From contig CAWELD010000003.1 of the NCBI GenBank assembly GCA_963809895.1, positions 1,856,001 to 1,920,000 on the forward strand: 64,000 nucleotides of DNA. The letters are read 5' to 3'. Both the position numbers and the translations under genes were made by a program. The notes under the pieces were generated by a model. That model had not been told where the DNA came from, did not search any database, and was given only the letters and a program-made list of their open reading frames with translations. Positions 52,083 through 61,780 of this stretch are shown one piece after another (position 1 is the first letter of the stretch; each line of letters starts with the position of its first letter). Origin of the DNA: an uncultured Gemmatimonadales bacterium (GTDB lineage Bacteria > Gemmatimonadota > Gemmatimonadetes > Longimicrobiales > Gaopeijiaceae).

Positions 52083-53552
52083 ATGCGCATCCTCACGCGA
52101 CATCTGATCAAGGCCCACCTGGGTCCCTTCCTCTTCGCCCTCTCGGCGCTCACGGGGTTGCTGTTCCTCAACGCCGTGGCGCTCAGGATGGAGGACCTGG
52201 CCGGCAAGGGCCTGACCTGGAACGTCATCGGCGAGTTCCTCCTGCTGTCGCTTCCCCACACCATCGCCCTCACCCTGCCCATGGCGGTGCTGGTGGCGGT
52301 CCTGTACGCCTTCTCGGAGATGACCGCAAGCAACGAGATCACCGCCATGAAGGCCGGAGGAATCCCGCCCCACCGCTTGCTGGTGCCCCTGCTGCTCACG
52401 GGCACGCTCATCGGCGGGGTCATGCTCTTCTTCAACGATCAGGTCCTTCCGGAGGCCAATCACCGCCTAAAGAACCTCATGCTCGACATCAACCGCAAGA
52501 GTCCCACCTTCGTCTTGCGGGAGCAGGTGATGAACCGGGTGCAGACGGGCGAGACCGGCAAGACCTACTTCATCAAGGCCTCGCGCATCGACAATCAGCG
52601 CAACCGCCTCGAGGACGTGGTCATCGTGGACGGGAGCGATCCGGCCCGCCGCCGGACCACCTACGCCGACAGCGGCTTCATGGCCTTCAACGCCGAGCGC
52701 ACGGACCTCTACCTCACGCTCTTCCACGGCAAGTCGCTGGAGCTGGACCCGGAGCGGCCGGGCGGCTTTCGCGTGGCGTTCTTCGAGCGGCAGGCGGTAC
52801 CGCTCCGGGGCGTGGGCAACGAGCTGAACCGCCGCATGGACGCCGCCGACCGGGGGGACCGCGAGATGACGCTGGCCATGCTGCGCGGGCGCGCCGGCGA
52901 GGCCCGGGACAATCTGCGCCTGCTGAAGGAGCAGAGCCGGGACCGCAACGTGGACCTGGTGCGCATCGCCCTGGGCCAGCAGCCCACCGACTCCACGCTG
53001 GCCGATCTGGACCGGAGCGGCGCCCCGACCCGCAGGCCCAGCCCCAGCCAGGGCAACGCGCTGACCCGGGATCCCGTGACCCAGCGGGCGTCGGTGAACG
53101 CCGCCACCTACGCGACCCGGGCCGTGGCCTTCCGGCAGAGCGCGAACCGCTACGAGGTGGAGCTCCACAAGAAGTACACGCTGGCCTTCGCCTGCATCGT
53201 CTTCGTGCTCCTGGGCGTGCCGCTGGCGATCCGCTTCCCGCGCGGGGGCCTGGGGATGGTGATCGCGGCCTCCTCCACCATCTTCGCCGTCTACTGGGTC
53301 GGGCTCATCGGCGGCGAGAAGCTGGCGGACCGCGGCTTCGCGCCGCCGGCCATCACCATGTGGATCCCCAACATCATCTTCACCCTGCTGGGGCTCCTGC
53401 TGGTGCGGAACATGGGCAAGGAGGCCGCCACCACCCGCGGAGGCGGCTGGGACGACCTGTGGTGGGTCACCAAGGGGCTGGTGGGCCGGCTCTTCGGTCG
53501 CGGACGCCCCGCGCTGCCCGAAGGTGGCGATGCCGCGGAGAGCGCTGCATGA
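52083..53552 (+). CDS. lptF: LPS export permease LptF/LptG family
   Basis: MRILTRHL, LTLPMAVL, NEITAMKAGG, VELHKKY, WIPN. Confidence 0.88.
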   Translation: MRILTRHLIKAHLGPFLFALSALTGLLFLNAVALRMEDLAGKGLTWNVIGEFLLLSLPHTIALTLPMAVLVAVLYAFSEMTASNEITAMKAGGIPPHRLLVPLLLTGTLIGGVMLFFNDQVLPEANHRLKNLMLDINRKSPTFVLREQVMNRVQTGETGKTYFIKASRIDNQRNRLEDVVIVDGSDPARRRTTYADSGFMAFNAERTDLYLTLFHGKSLELDPERPGGFRVAFFERQAVPLRGVGNELNRRMDAADRGDREMTLAMLRGRAGEARDNLRLLKEQSRDRNVDLVRIALGQQPTDSTLADLDRSGAPTRRPSPSQGNALTRDPVTQRASVNAATYATRAVAFRQSANRYEVELHKKYTLAFACIVFVLLGVPLAIRFPRGGLGMVIAASSTIFAVYWVGLIGGEKLADRGFAPPAITMWIPNIIFTLLGLLLVRNMGKEAATTRGGGWDDLWWVTKGLVGRLFGRGRPALPEGGDAAESAA

Positions 53553-54616
53553 AGATCCTCGACCGCTTCGTCGGCGGGACCTTCCTCAAGCTCTTCATGG
53601 TGTCGATCCTGGCCACCCCGCCGCTGTTCGTGCTGGGTGACCTCACCGAGAAGCTGGACGACTACCTGGACGAGGGGCTCACCACCCTCCAACTGGTGCG
53701 GGGGTACCTCTTCAACATCCCCGAGTACTTCCAGTGGTCGTTCCCCATCGCCGGGCTCATCGCCGCGGTCTTCACCGTGCACGGCATGACGCAGCACCGC
53801 GAGGTGGTGGCGGCCAAGGCCGGGGGCGTGTCCTTCCACCGGCTGATCCTGCCCATCCTGACCCTGGGATTCCTGTTGGGCGGGCTGGCGGTGAGCGCCA
53901 CGGACCTGGTTCCGCTGAGCAAGCGGCGGGCGGCGGAGATCCTGGAGCAGCGCAACACCGGGCGCGACTGGCGCTCCAATTTCGCCTACCAGACCGAGGA
54001 CGGGCTGGTGCTGTACGTGCAGCGGCTGGAGGTCAACCAGGGCCGCATGACCGGCATCGGCATCAACCGCCCCGCGGGCCCCGGCGACTCCACGGTGATC
54101 CACGCCGACGCCGAACGGGCGGTCTACGACTCGCTGGGATGGCGCTTCGAGACCGGGAGCGTGCGTCGGGTGTGGCCCGACGGCCGCGAGGCCACCTTCC
54201 GCTTCGACGCCCTGCGCCTGCCGGACTTCACCGAGAGGCCCGAAGACCTCATGGAGGAGCCCCGGTCCGACGAAGAGATGACCTACGCCGAGCTGAACCG
54301 ACAGGTGGCCATCGTCGAGCGCTCGGGCGGCAACGTGGGCAAGCTCAAGACCAAGCAGCAGCAGAAGCTGGCGATCCCGGTGGCCACCTTCGTCGTGATC
54401 CTCTTCGGCGCGCCCCTGGCCACCAGCGCCAAGCGGGGCGGCGCCGCCTACGGCATCGGCATCTCGCTGGGCACCACCATCCTCTACCTGCTGGTCTTCA
54501 AGCTGGCCGGCGGCCTGGGCTCCAGCGGCGCCATTCCCCCCGAGTGGGCGGCGTGGGCGCCCAACGCCCTCTTCCTGGTGGCGGGGATCGTGCTCATGGC
54601 CCGGGTGCGGACCTGA
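53549..54616 (+). CDS. lptG: LPS export permease LptF/LptG family
   Basis: MKILDRFV, EVVAAKAGGVS, AAWAPN; ATGA overlap with lptF. Confidence 0.88.
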   Translation: MKILDRFVGGTFLKLFMVSILATPPLFVLGDLTEKLDDYLDEGLTTLQLVRGYLFNIPEYFQWSFPIAGLIAAVFTVHGMTQHREVVAAKAGGVSFHRLILPILTLGFLLGGLAVSATDLVPLSKRRAAEILEQRNTGRDWRSNFAYQTEDGLVLYVQRLEVNQGRMTGIGINRPAGPGDSTVIHADAERAVYDSLGWRFETGSVRRVWPDGREATFRFDALRLPDFTERPEDLMEEPRSDEEMTYAELNRQVAIVERSGGNVGKLKTKQQQKLAIPVATFVVILFGAPLATSAKRGGAAYGIGISLGTTILYLLVFKLAGGLGSSGAIPPEWAAWAPNALFLVAGIVLMARVRT

Positions 54617-55590
54617 GGGGACCGGGGTTGCGGCGTCGGAGGTTGGTCGCAGTTTAAACGCTGGACTGAGAGCCGCGCCGCGAAGCCCGGGTCCAGCACG
54701 CCGTCGCACACCGCCTGCACCGCGCCCCGGAGCTCCACCTCCAGCGCTTCGCGCACCGTCACCTTCAGCGATCCCCCCTCCATGCGCACCGTCTTGGCGC
54801 CGGCCGCGATGCGCCCCGACGCCACGGCGGACACGGCCACGGCGCAGGCGCTGGTGCCCGACGCCGCCGTGTGCCCCACGCCCCGTTCCCACACCAGCGC
54901 CTCGAGGGTGTGGTCGTCCAGCACCCGGGCGAGCTGCACGTTGACGCCGTTGGCGAAGGCCCGGTGGGGCGCCACCCGCGGGCCGATGCGGTCCAGCGCC
55001 GCCCGCTCCAGCGACGCGAACGCCTCGGGATCCCCCCACACCACGCAGTGGGGATTGCCCACGGACACGAAGACCGCGTCCAGGGGCTCGGTGCGGTCCA
55101 GGCACAGGTGGCCGGCCTCGTTCAGGGCGTCGGGGTCCAGCGCCACGGCGGCGGCGCCGGTGCGGGCCCGGCCCATCTGCACCGAGACGTCGTACTCGCC
55201 CCGGTCCACGCCGTGCACGCGCATCCCGATGGTGTCGCCGCCCACGTGGACCTGGAAGGGCTCTTCGGCCACGCGGCCCGTGCGGTGCAGGTACGAGGCC
55301 AGGATGCGGAGCCCGTTGCCGCTGCGCTCGAACTCGGAGCCGTCGGGATTGAACATGCGCAGGCGCCAGGGCTCGTCCTCGCCCCGGAGCAGGACGACGA
55401 CGCCGTCGCCGCCGGGGCCTTCCCAGCGGTGGCAGACCGCGCCCACGGCAGCCGGCGCAACCGGCCACGCGTCCCCCTCCTCGAACACCAGATAGTCGTT
55501 GCCCAGCCCGTGTCCCTTGTAGAACCCCGCGTCCGCGGCGGGGCGGGTATTCTGCCGATCGTGCGACACCGGTTCACTCCCTGGATTCAT
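54484..55590 (-). CDS. dapF: Diaminopimelate epimerase-like protein (Ser/Ser active-site variant); 3' end uncertain, probably near 54650
   Basis: [38 protein letters not shown]; as assembled it overlaps the end of lptG. Confidence 0.85.
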   Translation of the reverse strand: MNPGSEPVSHDRQNTRPAADAGFYKGHGLGNDYLVFEEGDAWPVAPAAVGAVCHRWEGPGGDGVVVLLRGEDEPWRLRMFNPDGSEFERSGNGLRILASYLHRTGRVAEEPFQVHVGGDTIGMRVHGVDRGEYDVSVQMGRARTGAAAVALDPDALNEAGHLCLDRTEPLDAVFVSVGNPHCVVWGDPEAFASLERAALDRIGPRVAPHRAFANGVNVQLARVLDDHTLEALVWERGVGHTAASGTSACAVAVSAVASGRIAAGAKTVRMEGGSLKVTVREALEVELRGAVQAVCDGVLDPGFAARLSVQRLNCDQPPTPQPRSPQVRTRAMSTIPATRKRALGAHAAHSGGMAPLEPRPPASLKTSR

Positions 55591-55713
55591 GATGCGTGTC
55601 CTGAAACTGCGTACCCCGAAACCGCCGTAGAGGGGGATACGCAACCTCCGTTCCCCTCCATGTATCCAACGTGCTGAGGCAGGGGACCGTTCGCTGGCGG
55701 GAGTTGAAGATAG

Positions 55714-58441
55714 ATGATGAGGACCGGGGTGTGGGGCTGGGTGGTGGCGGGTGTGGTGGGGATGGCGGCGCCGCGTGGCCGCGCAGACGCACAAGGGACC
55801 GCCGGGACTGGCGTCGGAGGTAGCGGCGTGGTGGCGTGCCGGTGGCCGGACCGGGTCGGAGGCTCGCGGAGGGCCGAACGCCGGGCGGCCCACCGCGCCG
55901 ATCATGGAGGCCGTGCGCGTGGGCGCCGAGGTGCCCCGGATCGACGGACGCCTGGACGACGAGGCCTGGGAGCGTGCATCGGTGGCCCGGGACTTCGTGC
56001 AGTTCGAGCCCGATCCCGGCGCGCCGGCGTCGCAGCGCACCGAGGCCCGCGTGCTCTACGGCGACGACGCCCTGTACGTGGCGCTCCGGGCCTGGGACAC
56101 GGCACCCGACTCCATCGTGGGCCAGCTCACGCGCCGCGATCAGTCGTCGTTCTCCGACGAGCTGGCCGTGGTCGTCGACTCCTACTTCGACCGGCGCACG
56201 GCCTTCCACTTCGCGGTGAATCCGGTGGGGGTGAAGACGGACCTGTACCGGTTCGACGACACCCAGGAGGATCCGGGCTGGGACGCGGTGTGGGACGCCG
56301 CCACCTCGGTGGACGAGGAGGGGTGGAGCGCCGAGTTCCGGATCCCCCTGTCGCAGCTTCGCTTCCGCGACGCGGCCGACCAGACCTGGGGCATCAACTT
56401 CCTGCGCAAGATCGCCCGCCACGACGAGACGGTGCTGTGGGCGCCCACCTCGCGGAGCGACGCCGCCATCGTGTCGCGCTTCGGCGAGCTCACGGGGATC
56501 CGCGATCTGCATCCGCCGCGGCGGCTGGAGATGACGCCGTACACGGTGGCGCGCCTGGAGCGGGCGCCTGGCGATCCGGACAATCCCTTCTACCGGCAGA
56601 ACGCCACCTTCGGCACCGTGGGCGCCGATCTCAAGTACGGCATCACCAGCGACCTGACGCTGAACGTCACCCTGAACCCCGACTTCGGGCAGGTGGAGGC
56701 GGACCCGGCCCAGGTGAACCTGTCGGCCTACGAGACCTTCCTGCCCGAGCGGCGGCCCTTCTTCGTGGAAGGCGCCAACCTGTTCAACTTCTCGCTGGCG
56801 CTGGGCGACGGCGACGACGCCGTGGAATCCCTCTTCTACTCGCGGCGCATCGGGCGCTCACCGCAGGGCTCGGTGGACGACCAGGGCGGCTGGGTGGACG
56901 CCGACCCGCGCACCACGATCCTGGGCGCCTGGAAGCTCTCGGGAAAGACGGCCTCGGGCTGGTCGGTAGGGCTCATGAACGCCATCACCGCCGAGGAGAA
57001 GGCCACGGTGGCGCCGGCCGGCGGGGGCCGGATCGAGGAGCCCGTCGAGCCCTTCAGCAACTACTCGGTGGCGCGCTTTCAACGGGACTTCCGTGAGGGA
57101 CGCACCGCGGTGGGCTTCATCGGCACCGCGGTGAACCGCGAGGCCGACGTGGCCGCCGACCTGGGGCTCCGGAGCGGCGCCTACACCGCCGGCTTCGACG
57201 TGCGGCACCGATTCGGCGGAGATCGCTATCAGCTGCAGGCCTACCTGCTGGGCTCCAACATCCGGGGCTCCGAAGAGGCCATCGCGGCGGCCCAGCGTTC
57301 GTCGGCCCGCTACTTCCAGCGCCCCGACGCGCCACACCTGACCTACGATCCCACCCGCACCAGCCTGAGCGGGTACACGGGGATGCTCACCTTCAACAAG
57401 ATCACCGGCGGTCACTGGCGCTTCGGCACCGGCGTGCAGACCCGCTCGCCGGGCTTCGACGCCAACGACGCCGGCTACCTGCGCGAGGCCGACTTCACCA
57501 CCTCGTTCCTGTACCTGGGCTACGACCAGTCGTCGCCCCAGGGGCCCTTCCGCCGCTGGCGGCTGAACGCCAACGGGTTCGGCTCCTGGTCGTACGGGGG
57601 CGAGCGCTACAGCAGCGGCGGCAACGTCAACGGCAACTTCCAGCTCCGCAACTTCTGGAGCGGATACCTGGGCGTGAACCACAACACCCGCGGCTACTCC
57701 AACGGGATCCTGCGGGGCGGCCCCTCGTTCCTGCGCGAGGCCCAGTGGAACGGCTGGGGCGGCCTCAACTCCGACTCGCGGCGGGCGGTGCAGCTCAACC
57801 TGAACGACTGGTGGAACGTGCGGCCGGAGAGCGACTCGTGGACGCTGGGCCTGTCACCGAGCCTGCGTTTCCGGCCCTCGGGGCGCGCCACCTTGAGTCT
57901 GGGGGGATCCTGGACCCGCGCGGTGGACGACCGTCAGTGGGTGCGGCGCATGGGCACCGACGAGGCGCCGGCCTATCTGTTCGGCCGGCTGGACCAGACC
58001 ACGGTGGGCGTCACGGCGCGCCTGGACTACGCCTTCACCCCCACGCTGTCGCTGCAGGTCTACGCCCAGCCCTTCGTGAGCGCCGGAAGCTACGGGGACT
58101 TCAAGCGGGTCACGGATCCCCACGCGCCGACCTACGCGGGGCGCTTCACCGGCGTCGACGTGACGCTGGACGAGGACGGCTACTACCGGGGCGACGTGGA
58201 CGGCGACGGGAGCGTGGACAGCTTCCGTGATCCCGAGTTCAACGTGCGCCAGTTCCACTCCAACACGGTGCTGCGCTGGGAGTACCGGCCCGGCTCGACG
58301 CTCTATCTGGTGTGGGCCCAGGGCCGGGACGCCCTGGGCCCCACCGGGGACTTCCGCTTCAGCGGCGACTTCCGGGGCCTCTTCGACACCCGGCCGTCGA
58401 ACACGCTGATGCTCAAGGTGAGCTACTGGTTCGCGCCGTAG
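55714..58441 (+). CDS. DUF5916 / CBM9-like outer-membrane protein (probable N-terminal frameshift)
   Basis: IDGRLDDEAW, WSAEFRIP, LNPDFGQVEAD, FLPERRPFF, LFYSRRIG, C-terminal KVSYW. Confidence 0.85.
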
Positions 58442-58447
58442 CGCGCG

Positions 58448-61400
58448 CTACTGGTTGGAGCCATACGTCCCGGGATCCAGCACGGTGAGCTCGGTGGTGT
58501 AGCTGCGGTCACCGACCCGTAGCGTGACGGTGTAGGTGCCGGGGGACACCTCTTCGGACTCGCCGAAGCGCGACGGGAACAGCCCGCCGCCTCCGAAGCC
58601 GAACCCGCCCCGGCGGCCACCCGTCTGCGGGCGCACGGCCTGGTTGATACGCTGCTGCAGCGACTGCTCGCCCTGGCCGCCGGGGCCGCCCTGCCTGCCG
58701 CCGGGACCGCCGCCCTGGCCGCCACCCAGCGGTGGGCCCTCGGCCGGACGCGCGTCCCAGGCCTGCGAGCCGCCGCCCCCACCTCCGCCGCCGCCACGGC
58801 CGCGGAAGCTGAAGCCGCCGCCACCCTGGCGGAGCCCGTCGAGCACGTCCTCCACCTCCTGGCGGTCCTCGCCCAGGTTCACGAAGGAGTCGGCCACCAC
58901 CTGGAAGCGCTTCTCCATGGCGAGGCTGTCGCGGCGCTCGGAGGGCGACAGCGGCAGCCGCTCGGGCTGCGTGCGCAGCTGCCAGCTCACCGAGTTCATG
59001 CCCTTCCGGGACGAGCCGTTCAGCGTCTGCATGACGTTCCCCGACGCATCGGCGATCTCGACCTTCACGCTGTCGTCGGTGGCGTCGCCGAGCCAGTAGC
59101 GGATCTCGGCGCCGCCGCCGGGCGTCGGCGCTTGGAAATAGGCCTGGGCCGTGAACTCACCGCCCGTGGGCGGCATGCCGAAGTCGTAGGCCGGCGACGG
59201 CTCGAAGAGATGGACGTCGGAGGCCAGCACCTGCGCGTCGAGCTGCTGCAGCGGCGCCACGTCGACGATCCAGATGGAGCGGCCGTGGGTGCCCGCGATG
59301 AGCTCGTGGTCGCGCGGATGGATCTTCAGGTCCCGAACCGGAACCGTGGGCAGCCCCTGCATGAAGCGCTGCCACGACAGCCCCCGGTCCAGCGATACGT
59401 ACACGCCCACGTCGGTGCCCAGGTACAGCAGATCGGCGTTCACCGGATCCTCGCGGATCACGTGGGCGAAGTCGGGCCCGTCGTCGGGCAGATCGCTGGC
59501 GATGGAGTGGAAGCTCGAGCCCCGGTCCTCGCTCACCAGCACGTAGGGTGTGAAGTCGCCGCGGCGGTGATTGTCGAAGGTGACGTACACCCGGTTCGCC
59601 ACGTGCGACGACGGCTCGATGCGGCTCACGTAGGTGCCGTCGGGCACCAACGAGGTCGTGTTGGCCGTGATGTCGTTCCAGGTGCCGCCGTCGTCCGGCG
59701 ACATCCACAGGTTGCCGTCGTCGGTGCCGGCGTACAGCAGCCCCCGCACCAGCGGCGACTCGTTGAGCGAGACGATGGTGGCGAAGGTCTCGGCTCCGGT
59801 GACGTCGGGGGTGATGCCGCCCGTGGTCTGGGTGCTGACCCGGATCTTCATGGTGTCCTGCCGGCTCAGGTCCGGCGAGATGGGCACCAGGGTGTCGCCC
59901 CGGTTCGTGGACTTGAGGACCCGATTCGCGCCGGCGTAGAGCACGTCGGGATTGTGGGGCGACAGGAAGAACGGGGTGTTCCAGTTGTAGCGGAGCTCGA
60001 GGGCCGCCGAATCGGCGCTGGCCCGGCGCTGGAGCGCCTCGATGCGCGCCTGGCTCTCGGGCGGCATGAGCTCGGTGCTGTCGGGCCACAGCATGGCGAT
60101 GGAGTCCTGCAGGAGGCGGTAGGGCTCCTGCCAGCTGGGCCGGCCCAGCCGGGTGCGCTCACCGGTGGCCAGGTTCGAGCGCCCCATGTTCCCGCCCTGG
60201 GACTCCGAGTAGACGATGTTGGGATCCCGGGGATCCTGCTGCGTGACGAAGCCGTCGCCCCCGCTCACGCTGAACCAGTCGTGGTTGGTGATGGCGCCGC
60301 CGGTCTTCCGGCTGGGCCCGCACCAGGAGTAGTTGTCCTGCAGCCCGCCGCACACGCGGTACGGCTTTCCCATGTCGTAGCTGACGGCGTAGAACTGGCC
60401 GATGGGGAAGATGTTCGGGAACAGGTAGTTGCCGCCCTGATCGTGGCTGATGGCGATGCCGCCGTCGTTGCCCACCACCAGGTGATTGCCGTCGTTGGGA
60501 TCGATCCACATGGCGTGGAAGTCGACGTGCACCTCCTGGGCGGCGTTGCGCATGGTCTTGCCGCCGTCGTCGGAGAAGCGGAGCGAGGAGAAGTACACCC
60601 GGTCCGGATTGGCCGGGTCGACCCGCACCTGGTTGTAGTAGAACGGCCGGCTGTTGAAGTCGTTCATCCGCTCCCAGGTGGTGCCGCCGTCCTGGGACCG
60701 GTAGAGGCCGGACAGGGCTTCGGGCTCCGGGTCGTCGGCGGTGGAATCCGGCGCCGCGGCCTCGATCTCGGCGTACACGGTCGAGGGCCGGCTGGGCGCG
60801 AAGGCCACGTCGATGCGGCCGAGCTCGGTCTCCGGGAAGCCGTTGCCGGTGACCTCGGTCCAGCTCTCGCCGCCGTCGGTGCTCTTCCACAGGGCGCTGC
60901 CCGGGCCGCCGCTCTGCAGGTAGTACGGACCGCGGATGCGCTCCCAGCTCGACGCCAGCAGCACGTTCGGGTTGCCCGGCTGGATGGCCACGTCGACGAA
61001 GCCGGCGCGGTCGCTCACGGACTTGACCAGCCGCCAGGTGTCACCGCCGTCGGTGGTCTTGTAGAGCCCCCGGTCGCCGCCCTCACGCCAGAGGGGTCCC
61101 AGCGCCGCGACCCACACGATGTCCGGGTTGGTGGGATGCACCACGATGCGCGCGATGTGCTCGGTGCCCTCCAGGCCCTTGAGCTCCCAGGTCACACCGC
61201 CGTCGGTGGACTTGTAGATCCCCCGTCCCGGCGAGATGGAGTTGCGGGAGTCCTCTTCGCCGGTGCCGGCCCAGATCTGCATGGTGTCGCTGGGCGCGAT
61301 GGCCAGGTCGCCCATGGCCGCCACCCGCTCGTCGGTGAACAGGGGCCGGAAGGTGGTGCCGTCGTTGGTGGTCTTCCAGACGCCACCCGCCGCCGGCGCC

Positions 61401-61600
61401 ACGTAGAAGGTGGCCGACGGGCTCGGAATGCCCTCGATGTCCGTGACCCGGCCCAGCATGTTGGCCGGCCCGATGGAGCGCCACTCGAAGGCCTCCATCC
61501 AGGTGGAGTCGAGGCGTGGAGGCATGGTGGTCTGGGCAGCCACCGGCGCCGCGAGCAGCAGCGCCAGGGTCGCAGCGGAGATCGCGCGGAATCGGTTCAT
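58448..61600 (-). CDS. Secreted VPS10/BNR (Asp-box) beta-propeller protein
   Basis: Signal peptide; WRSIGPA..GRV; repeated S/T-x-DGG-x-T/S-W boxes; GGLQDN. Confidence 0.88.
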   Translation of the reverse strand: MNRFRAISAATLALLLAAPVAAQTTMPPRLDSTWMEAFEWRSIGPANMLGRVTDIEGIPSPSATFYVAPAAGGVWKTTNDGTTFRPLFTDERVAAMGDLAIAPSDTMQIWAGTGEEDSRNSISPGRGIYKSTDGGVTWELKGLEGTEHIARIVVHPTNPDIVWVAALGPLWREGGDRGLYKTTDGGDTWRLVKSVSDRAGFVDVAIQPGNPNVLLASSWERIRGPYYLQSGGPGSALWKSTDGGESWTEVTGNGFPETELGRIDVAFAPSRPSTVYAEIEAAAPDSTADDPEPEALSGLYRSQDGGTTWERMNDFNSRPFYYNQVRVDPANPDRVYFSSLRFSDDGGKTMRNAAQEVHVDFHAMWIDPNDGNHLVVGNDGGIAISHDQGGNYLFPNIFPIGQFYAVSYDMGKPYRVCGGLQDNYSWCGPSRKTGGAITNHDWFSVSGGDGFVTQQDPRDPNIVYSESQGGNMGRSNLATGERTRLGRPSWQEPYRLLQDSIAMLWPDSTELMPPESQARIEALQRRASADSAALELRYNWNTPFFLSPHNPDVLYAGANRVLKSTNRGDTLVPISPDLSRQDTMKIRVSTQTTGGITPDVTGAETFATIVSLNESPLVRGLLYAGTDDGNLWMSPDDGGTWNDITANTTSLVPDGTYVSRIEPSSHVANRVYVTFDNHRRGDFTPYVLVSEDRGSSFHSIASDLPDDGPDFAHVIREDPVNADLLYLGTDVGVYVSLDRGLSWQRFMQGLPTVPVRDLKIHPRDHELIAGTHGRSIWIVDVAPLQQLDAQVLASDVHLFEPSPAYDFGMPPTGGEFTAQAYFQAPTPGGGAEIRYWLGDATDDSVKVEIADASGNVMQTLNGSSRKGMNSVSWQLRTQPERLPLSPSERRDSLAMEKRFQVVADSFVNLGEDRQEVEDVLDGLRQGGGGFSFRGRGGGGGGGGGSQAWDARPAEGPPLGGGQGGGPGGRQGGPGGQGEQSLQQRINQAVRPQTGGRRGGFGFGGGGLFPSRFGESEEVSPGTYTVTLRVGDRSYTTELTVLDPGTYGSNQ

Positions 61601-61780
61601 GGAATCGTCCGTGTGCAGCGTGTCGCGTGGTGTGGTCCTCATCCCCCGAGGACCCGTGGGAGCGGTGTGGCGTTGAGTTTACGGGTGGGGATGGGGGGAG
61701 GCGAGGGGGGTGGGCGGCCCTCGCCGGCTGGGCCGGCGACGGGTGCGCCATCGCCGACCAGGCCGCCGGCGCGCGCCCCT

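Noticed and set aside
58570..58830. Low-complexity GC repeats
   Set aside because: They encode the Gly-rich linker near the C-terminus of the VPS10-like protein
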